IMG/VR virus record: IMGVR_UViG_3300020156_000023 | Coordinates: 36,411 to 100,410 of that record | Strand: one strand, 5' to 3' | DNA: 64,000 nucleotides | From: a virus | Part shown: positions 1 through 9,500 of the stretch, piece by piece | How the letters are laid out: each line of letters begins with the position of its first letter | How positions within the stretch are numbered: position 1 is the first letter of the stretch | The notes under the pieces: generated by a model | Database searches by the model: none | Told to the model about the DNA's origin: nothing | What the model saw: the letters and a program-made list of their open reading frames with translations, nothing else | Program-made: the position numbers and the translations under genes

Positions 1-2531
1 TCATCAAATCCAAACTTCTCTATTCTTGAGTGTATGAAATCTTTAAATTCAGCTATCCTGTTTATATCTTTTTCAATACTAGCTATAGTATCATTAGCAA
101 GGTCTATAGCTCTCTGAGGAATATCTCCTATACTCCTTCTTGAGAACTGACTATCCTCACTTGATACTAAAGGCATTTCTACATTATCTGTAGAACCTAC
201 TGCTCCTAATCCTTTAAGAGCTTCATTAAGTTCTTCATCTGTTGCAGCTCTTTCCTTAGAATTAGGTATAGGTTGTTCATTAAGACCAACCTCAGGAGCT
301 ATCTCTTGTATCTTATCATTTATATCTAATTGCTCAACTTTCCTTTGAGCAAGTTCCTGCATTTTATTATCAGCAACACCCGCAGCTGCAGCTTTAGTTA
401 ATTCTTTTTGTACAGCTTCCTTGGTTTTTGCATTCTCAATTGCTTTCTCTTGTCCTTTCTTAATATTTTCATTTATCTTCTTAAGGTCTTTTAAATCTTT
501 AAGGTCAGCAATATTTTGCTGAATAGATTGATTAATAGATACTTTAGAAACTTCTGCATTAATATAAGGTTGTCTTGATATAGAAGGGACAATAGTCTTA
601 TCCTTAGTACTATAAGGAGCAGCTTCAGAGAATTCTGCTTTAAGTTCAGATAATCTTTCTGCATCTACCTGAGATAGTTCTCTTGTAGTTGTATCTCTTG
701 ATACCTGTTCTAAAGCAATAATCTCATTCTCCATTCTAAACCTGTCTTTACCCTCTGGAGATAACATGTTGAATTGAGTATCCTTATTATAAGCAGTTTG
801 TAAATCAATATCATATTGATTTAATCTTTCTAAATTCTTAATATTAGAAAATTCTTTCTTAACAATATTAAAAGCAGATTCAAAATGCTGTGTAACATTA
901 TTTAAATTGTTCTCAAGTAAATCTTTTATTCTTTGAGAATCTTGTATGTTTTCCTGGAATGTAGTTTTAATAGTTTCAAATGAACCTTGATATTTCTCTT
1001 TACCTTGTTCATCCACTAATCCAAATTTCTTTAGAGTATCTACATCAGCTGAGTTAACAGCATCCAGTATAGTTTGCAATTGATTAACATGTGCATCAAA
1101 TCCTTTAGTATCTCCATTAAGGTAATCATACTGAAGTGCATTGATAGCATTAGTTAAGTGAGAGTTATATCTTGCACCCTCAACTTCTTCTTTAGCTTTT
1201 TGTAATTTAATTGTATTCTCAGGAGTTCTGTTAGTTACAAAATCCTTCTGAGCTTGTATATAATTTTGAGCAATCCTATCCTGTTCAGCAAAGCTATTTG
1301 CTGTTCTTGTGAAAGAATCCTTTATAAAGTCTTGTTGTATCTGAACCTTATCTATTAGACCTCTATCCTGGAATACTTTATTTAAAGCATTACCACCACC
1401 TGCAAATAGGGCACCACCAAAGATACCTGCTATAACAGAGTCTGTAGTTTCAGGACTCCATACATCAAACTCCTGAATAGTTTCAAGATTCTCTACATCA
1501 GTTTTATGTTGTGCATATCTTCCTATAGTAGTTTGTACACCTTCTTCAAGACCCTCAGATACAGCATTACTAACAAGGTTAGCACCTGTCTGTACAGTCC
1601 TGTTAGAACCTGTAGGTATCTTTGATAATAGTGATTCACCTAATGAAGAGAAACCAGTCTTTACTTCTGGGTTACCTTTGAAAGCACCACCCTTACCAAA
1701 TATAGATGCGAACTGTAATCCATTAACAATCATTAGTGGAGCTACCTCAGTCCTATAGGCAAATGTAGCTGCCTCTGCAGCTATTCTTTTAGCATCAGCA
1801 TCAGAATAACCTTTAGCTTTATATTCCTGGTATACTTGTTCCATAGTTTCCATACCATTCATATATCCTTCCTGAACTCCTTTCCACATACCAAAGCCAC
1901 CTTGTCCTAATAATCTTGTTTTATTAGCAAGTCCAGCAGCTCCAGCACCTGGAGCAATACTATTAATTAAAGCTTGTTCAGCAAGTATCTCAGTAATGAT
2001 ACCACCAGTATAACCAAGGCTTTGAGTCATCTTACCCCAATAGTTAGCACTCATCATAGAGTCTCCATATTGGTATATCTCAAGGCCAGTCATATCTTTA
2101 CCCCACTTAGATGCAGCTGATTCATTTAACCAGTTACCAAACTCTTCTTCAGAGTTTCCTGCAGCCATATTATACATACCTTGTAAATCCCATGAAGCAG
2201 CAGCATCAGTAAAACCTGCAACAGCTTGTTTACCAAACCCTGCTATAGCTCTACCAAATATCTCTCCACCAGATTGATATGCACCTAATAAAGGAGTGTT
2301 ATCTTCACCTGCTTGAAATGGTACACCAAGCCTGTTTAATTCAGTGGCACCTGGTGTTGTATGTACAGTATCCCACCCTCCTAACATTCCCCAGAAAGGA
2401 TTATCTGTAGAGTATACAGGAGCTCCTGGAAGCTCTTGTCCTGTACCATAATTAACAGGTACATCAATCCTACCTAATTCTCCATGAAAAGGGTTCTGTG
2501 CTAAAAAGGCTTTGATTTCTTCTTCATTCAT
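1..2531 (-). CDS. Large virion cargo/ejected protein, N-terminal part (runs off the window)
   Basis: Reading frame starts at ATG 2531 (MNEEEIKAFLAQNPFHGELG...); Gly/Ala-rich hydrophobic segments; lies after the cargo genes, as in crAss-like phages. No RNAP catalytic motif is visible in this part. Confidence 0.65.
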   Translation of the reverse strand, partial: MNEEEIKAFLAQNPFHGELGRIDVPVNYGTGQELPGAPVYSTDNPFWGMLGGWDTVHTTPGATELNRLGVPFQAGEDNTPLLGAYQSGGEIFGRAIAGFGKQAVAGFTDAAASWDLQGMYNMAAGNSEEEFGNWLNESAASKWGKDMTGLEIYQYGDSMMSANYWGKMTQSLGYTGGIITEILAEQALINSIAPGAGAAGLANKTRLLGQGGFGMWKGVQEGYMNGMETMEQVYQEYKAKGYSDADAKRIAAEAATFAYRTEVAPLMIVNGLQFASIFGKGGAFKGNPEVKTGFSSLGESLLSKIPTGSNRTVQTGANLVSNAVSEGLEEGVQTTIGRYAQHKTDVENLETIQEFDVWSPETTDSVIAGIFGGALFAGGGNALNKVFQDRGLIDKVQIQQDFIKDSFTRTANSFAEQDRIAQNYIQAQKDFVTNRTPENTIKLQKAKEEVEGARYNSHLTNAINALQYDYLNGDTKGFDAHVNQLQTILDAVNSADVDTLKKFGLVDEQGKEKYQGSFETIKTTFQENIQDSQRIKDLLENNLNNVTQHFESAFNIVKKEFSNIKNLERLNQYDIDLQTAYNKDTQFNMLSPEGKDRFRMENEIIALEQVSRDTTTRELSQVDAERLSELKAEFSEAAPYSTKDKTIVPSISRQPYINAEVSKVSINQSIQQNIADLKDLKDLKKINENIKKGQEKAIENAKTKEAVQKELTKAAAAGVADNKMQELAQRKVEQLDINDKIQEIAPEVGLNEQPIPNSKERAATDEELNEALKGLGAVGSTDNVEMPLVSSEDSQFSRRSIGDIPQRAIDLANDTIASIEKDINRIAEFKDFIHSRIEKFGFD

Positions 2532-2536
2532 ATTTA

Positions 2537-4840
2537 TTAGCTTTTACCTAATTGTTTTACTCTTTCTTTTATTATTTCTTTCCTTGAGCTATCATCCAAT
2601 CCTTCAAGATTGTACATTAGGAATTTTATCTCTTGTTGTGTAAATCCAGATTTAAAATTATTAATACTATAAGTATTGTTACCATTACTGGTAACTGTAA
2701 TATTAGGGTATAGTTTAGTAGAGGTATTGAAAGTAGGTATCTCAGATAAAGCTCTGTCTACCCTATTCATAGTTGCCTTAACACTTCTATTCTGCTTAGC
2801 TAACCATTCAGTACCTTGTGGAGAACTAAAGAAAGTGTTACTTCTTACAGCATTATTGTAGGATTCATTATTAACCCTATCAGTTACAAAAGCTACTTTC
2901 TTACCTCTGAACCCTTCAAGGTCCTCATTAGTTAATCCACCAAATAAACTATCATCTTCCCTATTCTCAGGTATCCTTAAAGTACCTCTTACAATCATTT
3001 TATCATTATCCCAATCAACAACCATATTATCAATATAATCTGTTGGGCTTCCTCCTAATTGGGAAACCAGATATTGTATAGGAGATGCTCCTGCTGTATC
3101 TCCTGCCCAACCATCAAACATCTTAGTATCTATAGTAAGGTTCTCTAATTTCTTAGGGTCTATCTTACCATGCTTATCAGTAAGTACTACATCTCCATTA
3201 TATACTTTAACATTAGAACCCATAAGGGCAGCATCAGCTAAAGCATAAGTCTGTTTACCTATTTCAGTTTGCCTTGATGGTTTGTAACCTACATAAGTAT
3301 TAGTAGATAGGTTCAGTATATTAGTGTTCCAATCTTTAATACCTTTGTTTGTTTTATTGTACTTAGCTAAAGCAGCAAGGGCTTCTTTCCTCTCAGGTGT
3401 ATCTTTATATGTCCTACCTGTAGTTGGAGCAGCACCACCTAATCCTATCATTAACTCATCCCCACCAGATACTTTACCAAAGTTAGGGTCATTCTGAATA
3501 GCATGTATCAACATTACTTCTCTTGGAGTCATGTTCAAATCTTTAGCTACTTCAGCATACCTTGTCTTAAGAGTATCAAACTCTTCTCTTTGCTCAGGAG
3601 TTAGTTCCTCTCCTTTAGCTTCCTTCATTAAGTACTTAGAGAATTTATCTCCATCTTCCTGTAATTCCTCAGGAGTAAATGGTATAAGGTTCTCACTTGT
3701 TAATATATCACTCTGAGCTTGTTGAGGAGTAATTTCCCCTGTAAGCATCAGTTTATTTATTTCATTTGTATAATTATTGTTATCCCTAGCTATATCAAGC
3801 TGATGATTTAACCTTGCCATATTAGTATCATGCTGTCTATCTAAAGCTTTAGAATAGATTACATCTTCCTGTACTTTAAGGTCTGCTTCAGTTCTTGAAG
3901 CATAAGACATAGGGCTTGCTAATGAGAATACTTTACCTAATGGATTATTAGTATACAGAGTACTCTTTCTTACAGAAGCTTTCTCTGCAGATGTCATCTT
4001 ATTATATTCTTCCTGAGTAACCTCATCTCCTACAGAATTAACTAAACCACTCCTGTAAGGAGCTATAAGGTTTCCAGTCTCATCAAAGTATTGAGCTAAT
4101 CCAAATCTTTGTTGTTGATTTAAATAACTCATCATATTAGGATTAGAGAAAGCTGCACCATTAATAAGTTGTAATAACCTTTCTTCTGATACATTCTCAG
4201 TCTTATCTCCCATAGTTATTATATAACCATTCTCACTCTTTCTGAATGAGTTAGCATCTTTAAATGCTGGTACCTGTTTAATCAATTCTAAAGTATCCTT
4301 AGCATTAAAGATATCAGGTTGGTTGATAATATCCTCAGCTTTCCAAACTCCATTATTAATAGAGTCTCCACCCCAGTTCTTATCAAAAGTCCTTGAAGCT
4401 GCATTAACTACAGCAGCATTATATTGTGCAGGATTCTTTTCTTTTAGTTCCTGCATTTGTTTCTGCCAATTACTGTAGGCATTGTAAGTACCTTCAAGTT
4501 TTGCAATCCTTCCTGAAGTCCTGTCTTGTTGTATCTCCCTCTGAAGGTTTCTTATTCTATTAAGATTCTTTCTCCAGTTAGCAGGGTCTCTCTGTATAGT
4601 ACCTGTTATCTCATCTATCTGAGAACCATAGTAATTTTTTATTTCATTAGCAGCAGCTGTATCAGCTTCTGAATTCCTATGTAATATATTTAGCATTCCA
4701 TTAAGGGCATCAGTTTGGGTTAGAGCTGTATCATAACCTTGTTGCTGCATAGCCATAGCTTGTTGTATCAACTCATAAGGTGGTTGATAAATCATATCAT
4801 TTACAAACTGTGGTTGTGATGTTCTATAACCTCTTGCCAT
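2537..4840 (-). CDS. Putative virion cargo (ejected) protein
   Basis: 767 aa, helical N-terminus (YQPPYELIQQAM...); synteny downstream of the muzzle gene. Confidence 0.55.
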   Translation of the reverse strand: MARGYRTSQPQFVNDMIYQPPYELIQQAMAMQQQGYDTALTQTDALNGMLNILHRNSEADTAAANEIKNYYGSQIDEITGTIQRDPANWRKNLNRIRNLQREIQQDRTSGRIAKLEGTYNAYSNWQKQMQELKEKNPAQYNAAVVNAASRTFDKNWGGDSINNGVWKAEDIINQPDIFNAKDTLELIKQVPAFKDANSFRKSENGYIITMGDKTENVSEERLLQLINGAAFSNPNMMSYLNQQQRFGLAQYFDETGNLIAPYRSGLVNSVGDEVTQEEYNKMTSAEKASVRKSTLYTNNPLGKVFSLASPMSYASRTEADLKVQEDVIYSKALDRQHDTNMARLNHQLDIARDNNNYTNEINKLMLTGEITPQQAQSDILTSENLIPFTPEELQEDGDKFSKYLMKEAKGEELTPEQREEFDTLKTRYAEVAKDLNMTPREVMLIHAIQNDPNFGKVSGGDELMIGLGGAAPTTGRTYKDTPERKEALAALAKYNKTNKGIKDWNTNILNLSTNTYVGYKPSRQTEIGKQTYALADAALMGSNVKVYNGDVVLTDKHGKIDPKKLENLTIDTKMFDGWAGDTAGASPIQYLVSQLGGSPTDYIDNMVVDWDNDKMIVRGTLRIPENREDDSLFGGLTNEDLEGFRGKKVAFVTDRVNNESYNNAVRSNTFFSSPQGTEWLAKQNRSVKATMNRVDRALSEIPTFNTSTKLYPNITVTSNGNNTYSINNFKSGFTQQEIKFLMYNLEGLDDSSRKEIIKERVKQLGKS

Positions 4841-4841
4841 A

Positions 4842-6542
4842 TTATTTTATAGGTTCTAATGTTGTTATATCTAATTCTTTACCTTCTTTATTATAAAGCT
4901 TACCACCTACCCATTTATAATTCTTTTTGATAATACCATTCAGATATTTATCTTTAAGTTCTGTAGTAGGAAGATTACTATATATTGAAGTACTCTTAAC
5001 CTGTTCTTCAGTAACCTTACCAGTTAACTTACCATTCATCATATCTACTTCAAAGTTAGGATACATTTGATTAAGTACATTACCAGTAACATTCCTTGTT
5101 TTCATTTGATTAAGGTCTCTACCTGTTTTCTGTAATCCAGTTCCCATAGTAGAAATATCTGATGCCAGTGCTGTAAAGTAAGCATCTTTATCTGCCCTAT
5201 CAGCAGCATCTCTTTGAGCTTCACCTGACATAACCATTCTATCCTGGTCATTTTCCATCATAGCTTCCTGACCCAATATACTTGCTATCTGTTGCATGTA
5301 CTGATTGTATATCTGAGACCTTGTATTATTAACTCCCATATCAGTAGCTAAATCAAGTGCTCTCATAGTATTAATACTCCTTGCACCATTCCTACCTCTA
5401 TTTATTGTAGCATTCCTTGCTAATTCTAAATCTTGTAGTTGACTATCTCTTACTCCACTTGCAAACCCTTTAGTCTGGTCCATCTTATCAATACCCTCCT
5501 TTCCATAGTTAAGGAAAGGATTTATATTAGGAGTATCAGAAGCTCTCATATTATTAGTGTTCCTCATAGGCCCAAATGTAGAAACTAAGTTTCCAAATAA
5601 ACCTACTGCATCTCCTGCAGTTATATTTAAAGCACCCATCCATGGACTTGTATTATCTCCTGTTGAAGCAACACCTGTAGGATTAGTTGATGGACTATAA
5701 GTAGTAGCAGGAGTACCTGTAGTACTAACTCCATAATCCATTGCATTATTACCTGTATGGAAATCATCTGTAGTACCAGTCATATTAAGACTAGGGTTCA
5801 TACTTGAGAATAACTTATTCCAATCCATATTCATAGGAGGCCATCCTGCTACACCACCTGTAGCAAACTGCTCTGCCTCAGAAACCATCTTAGCAAGTTG
5901 CATTACAGCCATATCTGACTGTTCTTTCTTTTCATTATTAGATTGTAATCTCTTGAGTGTCCTTAGTAAAGTAGCATCATTAGGATTCTTCTCTAATTGT
6001 TTCTCTATCTTAGATATTTTCTTTTCTCTCTCCAGTTTCCTCTCAGCCATAGTTTTACCATCTGAGCCTTTTATCTTCTTAGAAAATATCTCAGTACCTG
6101 AAGGTACTACCATATCAATACCACCTTCAGCATGAGAAGGACCTTTTAAAGTTCCTACAGCACCATTAGGTGTTTCTATTACTTCTTCCCCCTCAGCATT
6201 AATGGCAGTAGGTATCCCTACCTTACCTCCAGTAGCAAAGGAGCCTTGTGCATTACCATATGCACCTAAGGCTCCTACTCCTGTTTGTAATAGATTACCC
6301 CAATTAAACCCTCCTGAAGAGATACCTTCTCCTGCAGAGGCTCCTTTATTCATCATAGAGCCTCCATACTGCATAGCTAAGTTTCCTAATACTTTAGTAC
6401 CCATAGCCCATGGATTATTACTACCTGCTGCTTTAGCTTGAGCTAAAGCTATATTAGCTTCTGCTAAGTCAACACCTGGATTAGTAACATAAGTACCAAA
6501 TTCAAATTCAGGAAGTTTAATTTTCTTTCTATTCTTTTTCAT
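4842..6542 (-). CDS. Putative virion cargo protein
   Basis: 566 aa; FATGG repeats, AEGEEV and GPSHAEGG motifs, Gly-rich segments; directly after the muzzle gene. Confidence 0.6.
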   Translation of the reverse strand: MKKNRKKIKLPEFEFGTYVTNPGVDLAEANIALAQAKAAGSNNPWAMGTKVLGNLAMQYGGSMMNKGASAGEGISSGGFNWGNLLQTGVGALGAYGNAQGSFATGGKVGIPTAINAEGEEVIETPNGAVGTLKGPSHAEGGIDMVVPSGTEIFSKKIKGSDGKTMAERKLEREKKISKIEKQLEKNPNDATLLRTLKRLQSNNEKKEQSDMAVMQLAKMVSEAEQFATGGVAGWPPMNMDWNKLFSSMNPSLNMTGTTDDFHTGNNAMDYGVSTTGTPATTYSPSTNPTGVASTGDNTSPWMGALNITAGDAVGLFGNLVSTFGPMRNTNNMRASDTPNINPFLNYGKEGIDKMDQTKGFASGVRDSQLQDLELARNATINRGRNGARSINTMRALDLATDMGVNNTRSQIYNQYMQQIASILGQEAMMENDQDRMVMSGEAQRDAADRADKDAYFTALASDISTMGTGLQKTGRDLNQMKTRNVTGNVLNQMYPNFEVDMMNGKLTGKVTEEQVKSTSIYSNLPTTELKDKYLNGIIKKNYKWVGGKLYNKEGKELDITTLEPIK

Positions 6543-6572
6543 TTTAATCTTAATTATTTTTAATATTAAAGT

Positions 6573-9500
6573 TTACCTGAAACTTTGCTGTTCATTCTCA
6601 GCTGAATAATTTGTAATTAACTTCTTATTTGATACTCCTGCAAAGTTATCAAATATCAACCTAACCACCAAATATTTATCTCTAAAACTTTCCAGTTCTG
6701 TCCATTCTTTACTATAGTTAAGAGTAGCTTCATTAAGAACCTTGTCTATATAGTAATCATCTTGTCTACTAATTATATTAGAGTCCCATATAGGAAGATT
6801 ATAATTAATCCTTATATCTCTTAGGTCATTAACTAACCAATCTTTCTCTACTTTATCTATCATGATATCGCCATCATTAAAATCTGTAGTCTGGTTCTTG
6901 AACCAATCCTGTTGATTAAAATCAGTATCTTTAACTTTAAGATTAAGAAGACCAGTACATTGCCTTGAATTATAAGCTATCATCTTATTGAAAGTAACAA
7001 ACCTTTCATCTACATAATCCTTAAACTCTTTATTATAACTCTTAGCTTCTGTAAGTAATCTAATATGGTTCCATAATCTTGTAATTAAAGGATTAGATAA
7101 AGATACATATTCTAATATGTGAGGAAAATACTGTTGATAGTATGTCTGGTAATCTCCTAACACATTGTGTATCCATATATTATCACTACCAGGAGTCCAT
7201 GAATAGAATTTCTCAGGTACATTCATATAGAATGAAGGTAAGTAAGAGTGCCATGATATCCAAGCATCTTGTTTTAATGAATAACTCATAGTCCAAGAGT
7301 TGTGTAATTCCATTGGGTCCTCTACTACTGTACCATCTATATATTTATATTCAGTATCTAAGTATTGCACTTCTACCTCTATCTCTCCTACACTTATTAT
7401 ATCTTCAAGTAATGCATTAATATCTGCAGCAAATTCTGCTGGTGTTATAATAACATCCTGCTCTCCTGCTATTACAGCTAAGTCATTCCTATCAGGTTTA
7501 ATGTACCAGTCATATGTTTCAAGTCCAGGTCCTAGTACACTGTAAGGGTTAGTAGCTAAAAGAGTATCTTTAACATTATTCCACTCAACTGTATCAAATA
7601 CTCCATTCACAGGTATAGCATCAGCCTCTGCTTCAGTGTAGGATGTACCTTTTATAGCTAACAATGACTGTTGTATAAAAGCCTGAGAGTTAGTATAAGG
7701 CCCACCATCTGTTGCTATAGGATAATTAATACCTATGAATGAGTTTAGTGATGGGTATGTTGTACTTGTAAATGTCGCATAGTCTGATATATATGTAGCT
7801 GTAGGTTGTCCATCTATAGGATTAGTAATAAGTGGTTGATGATAAGCAGCATTAGATTCATTACACAACGAGATAACTAATATGTCACCATTATGTGCAG
7901 GGTCTAGTGCAGCTTGTGTAGCAAAGTTAACCCATCTCTCCTGGGAGTTATCAATATGGTGTAACTTAGTCATACCTACATCCTCAGGCCTTAACTCCTC
8001 ATACCAATCAGTAACAGCAGTTTGTAATCCTTCAAGATATCCTGGAGCATTAAATGAACCTGAAGTATCATAGAATACATATACATGCGTATTATTAGGA
8101 AGTACTACTGTACCCTCTCTTATCTCAGTTTTTGTCTTAATAACATCCCTTCTGAATTTCATTCTACAATTCTCAAGACCTATATAGTTCCAACCCTCTG
8201 TAGCCTCATCTTCTATAATTTGATTGAAGTTAGGGAAGATAGTAATCTGTCCATCAAATACACACATCTCATAACCTGGTTGACCTACTACATCCTCAGA
8301 TAAAGTAAAGTCTTTCTTAGTGAATATCACTCTCTCTTTCTTAGTATCATAAGTAGAAATGAAACCAGACCCAAATAGATTAGAAGGATTGTCAGCATAA
8401 ATATATTCCTCTCCTGTTGTATTATAATATTGTTGGTCTACTATTAAACCTATATTTTCTTTAAACCAATTAGATAATCCCTGATTAGAAATAGCTCTTA
8501 GTTTCCTACCATCAAATTGATATATCTTTCTCTGATTTTCACATACAAAGAAGTAACCTAATGGAGTTTTAATAGCACTCCATTTATGTTGTATACCTGC
8601 AGATGAACCTGTATCATCATCTACTACTTTTTGAGGTGGTATCTCAAAATAAGAACCAGTTCCTATGAAGGAAACTATTTGGTCTGTAACCCTTTCCTGA
8701 TAGCTTCTTGGCATTTGCCATAGCCCTTCCAGAGTATGTATAAATAAATCATTACCTATTTTAAATAGGTTTTTAATCTCACCTGTCTCTCCTTCTATAT
8801 CTCTATAGTTATTAGGTAAGAATACTCTATAGTTATCTGTTAGTTCCTCCTGGAAACTTTGCTCTGAGTAATGTATCCTGTGTGGAAAATCTTCCATACA
8901 ATCTGTACAACAATCATATTCTAAAGGTAAGTGATAATAAAGCTTTTGCTTATTATACCTATGGTAATCTGGATTAACTTTATAGTATTCTCCCAAAGCT
9001 GCACCTAAGTATAACCTATTGTCATTCCTCGAAGAATCATACATAGTAAGCTTATTAGCTAAATGTTGTTCTAACCTGCTAACTGGATATCTTGAATCTG
9101 CCCTCTCGTACCATAAATCAAAGAACTCCCATATTACTTTAGGGTCATTATTACCTGACTCATACATACCTGGAGCATCCAGGAAAGTAGGTACATCTGA
9201 AATCATACCATGCCTTAGATGTGTATTAACTGAAGTATCAAACCATATATCAGTTAAACAATCTCCTATCCATTGTATCTCATCATCAGAAGGACCTGAA
9301 CCACCTTCATGTCCTGGCCTACCTTTACCATATTCTGACTGTACCCATGTATCTAATGAGGTTTCTCTAAGACCTTTATTGTATGCTTCATCATAAGCTT
9401 TTACCATAGCATCTCTTTCAAGTCCAGAAGATATAAATAAAGCTCCTGCTCCTATAAGAGATACACCTGCACCTATTACTATAGTAGATGCACCTGCAGT

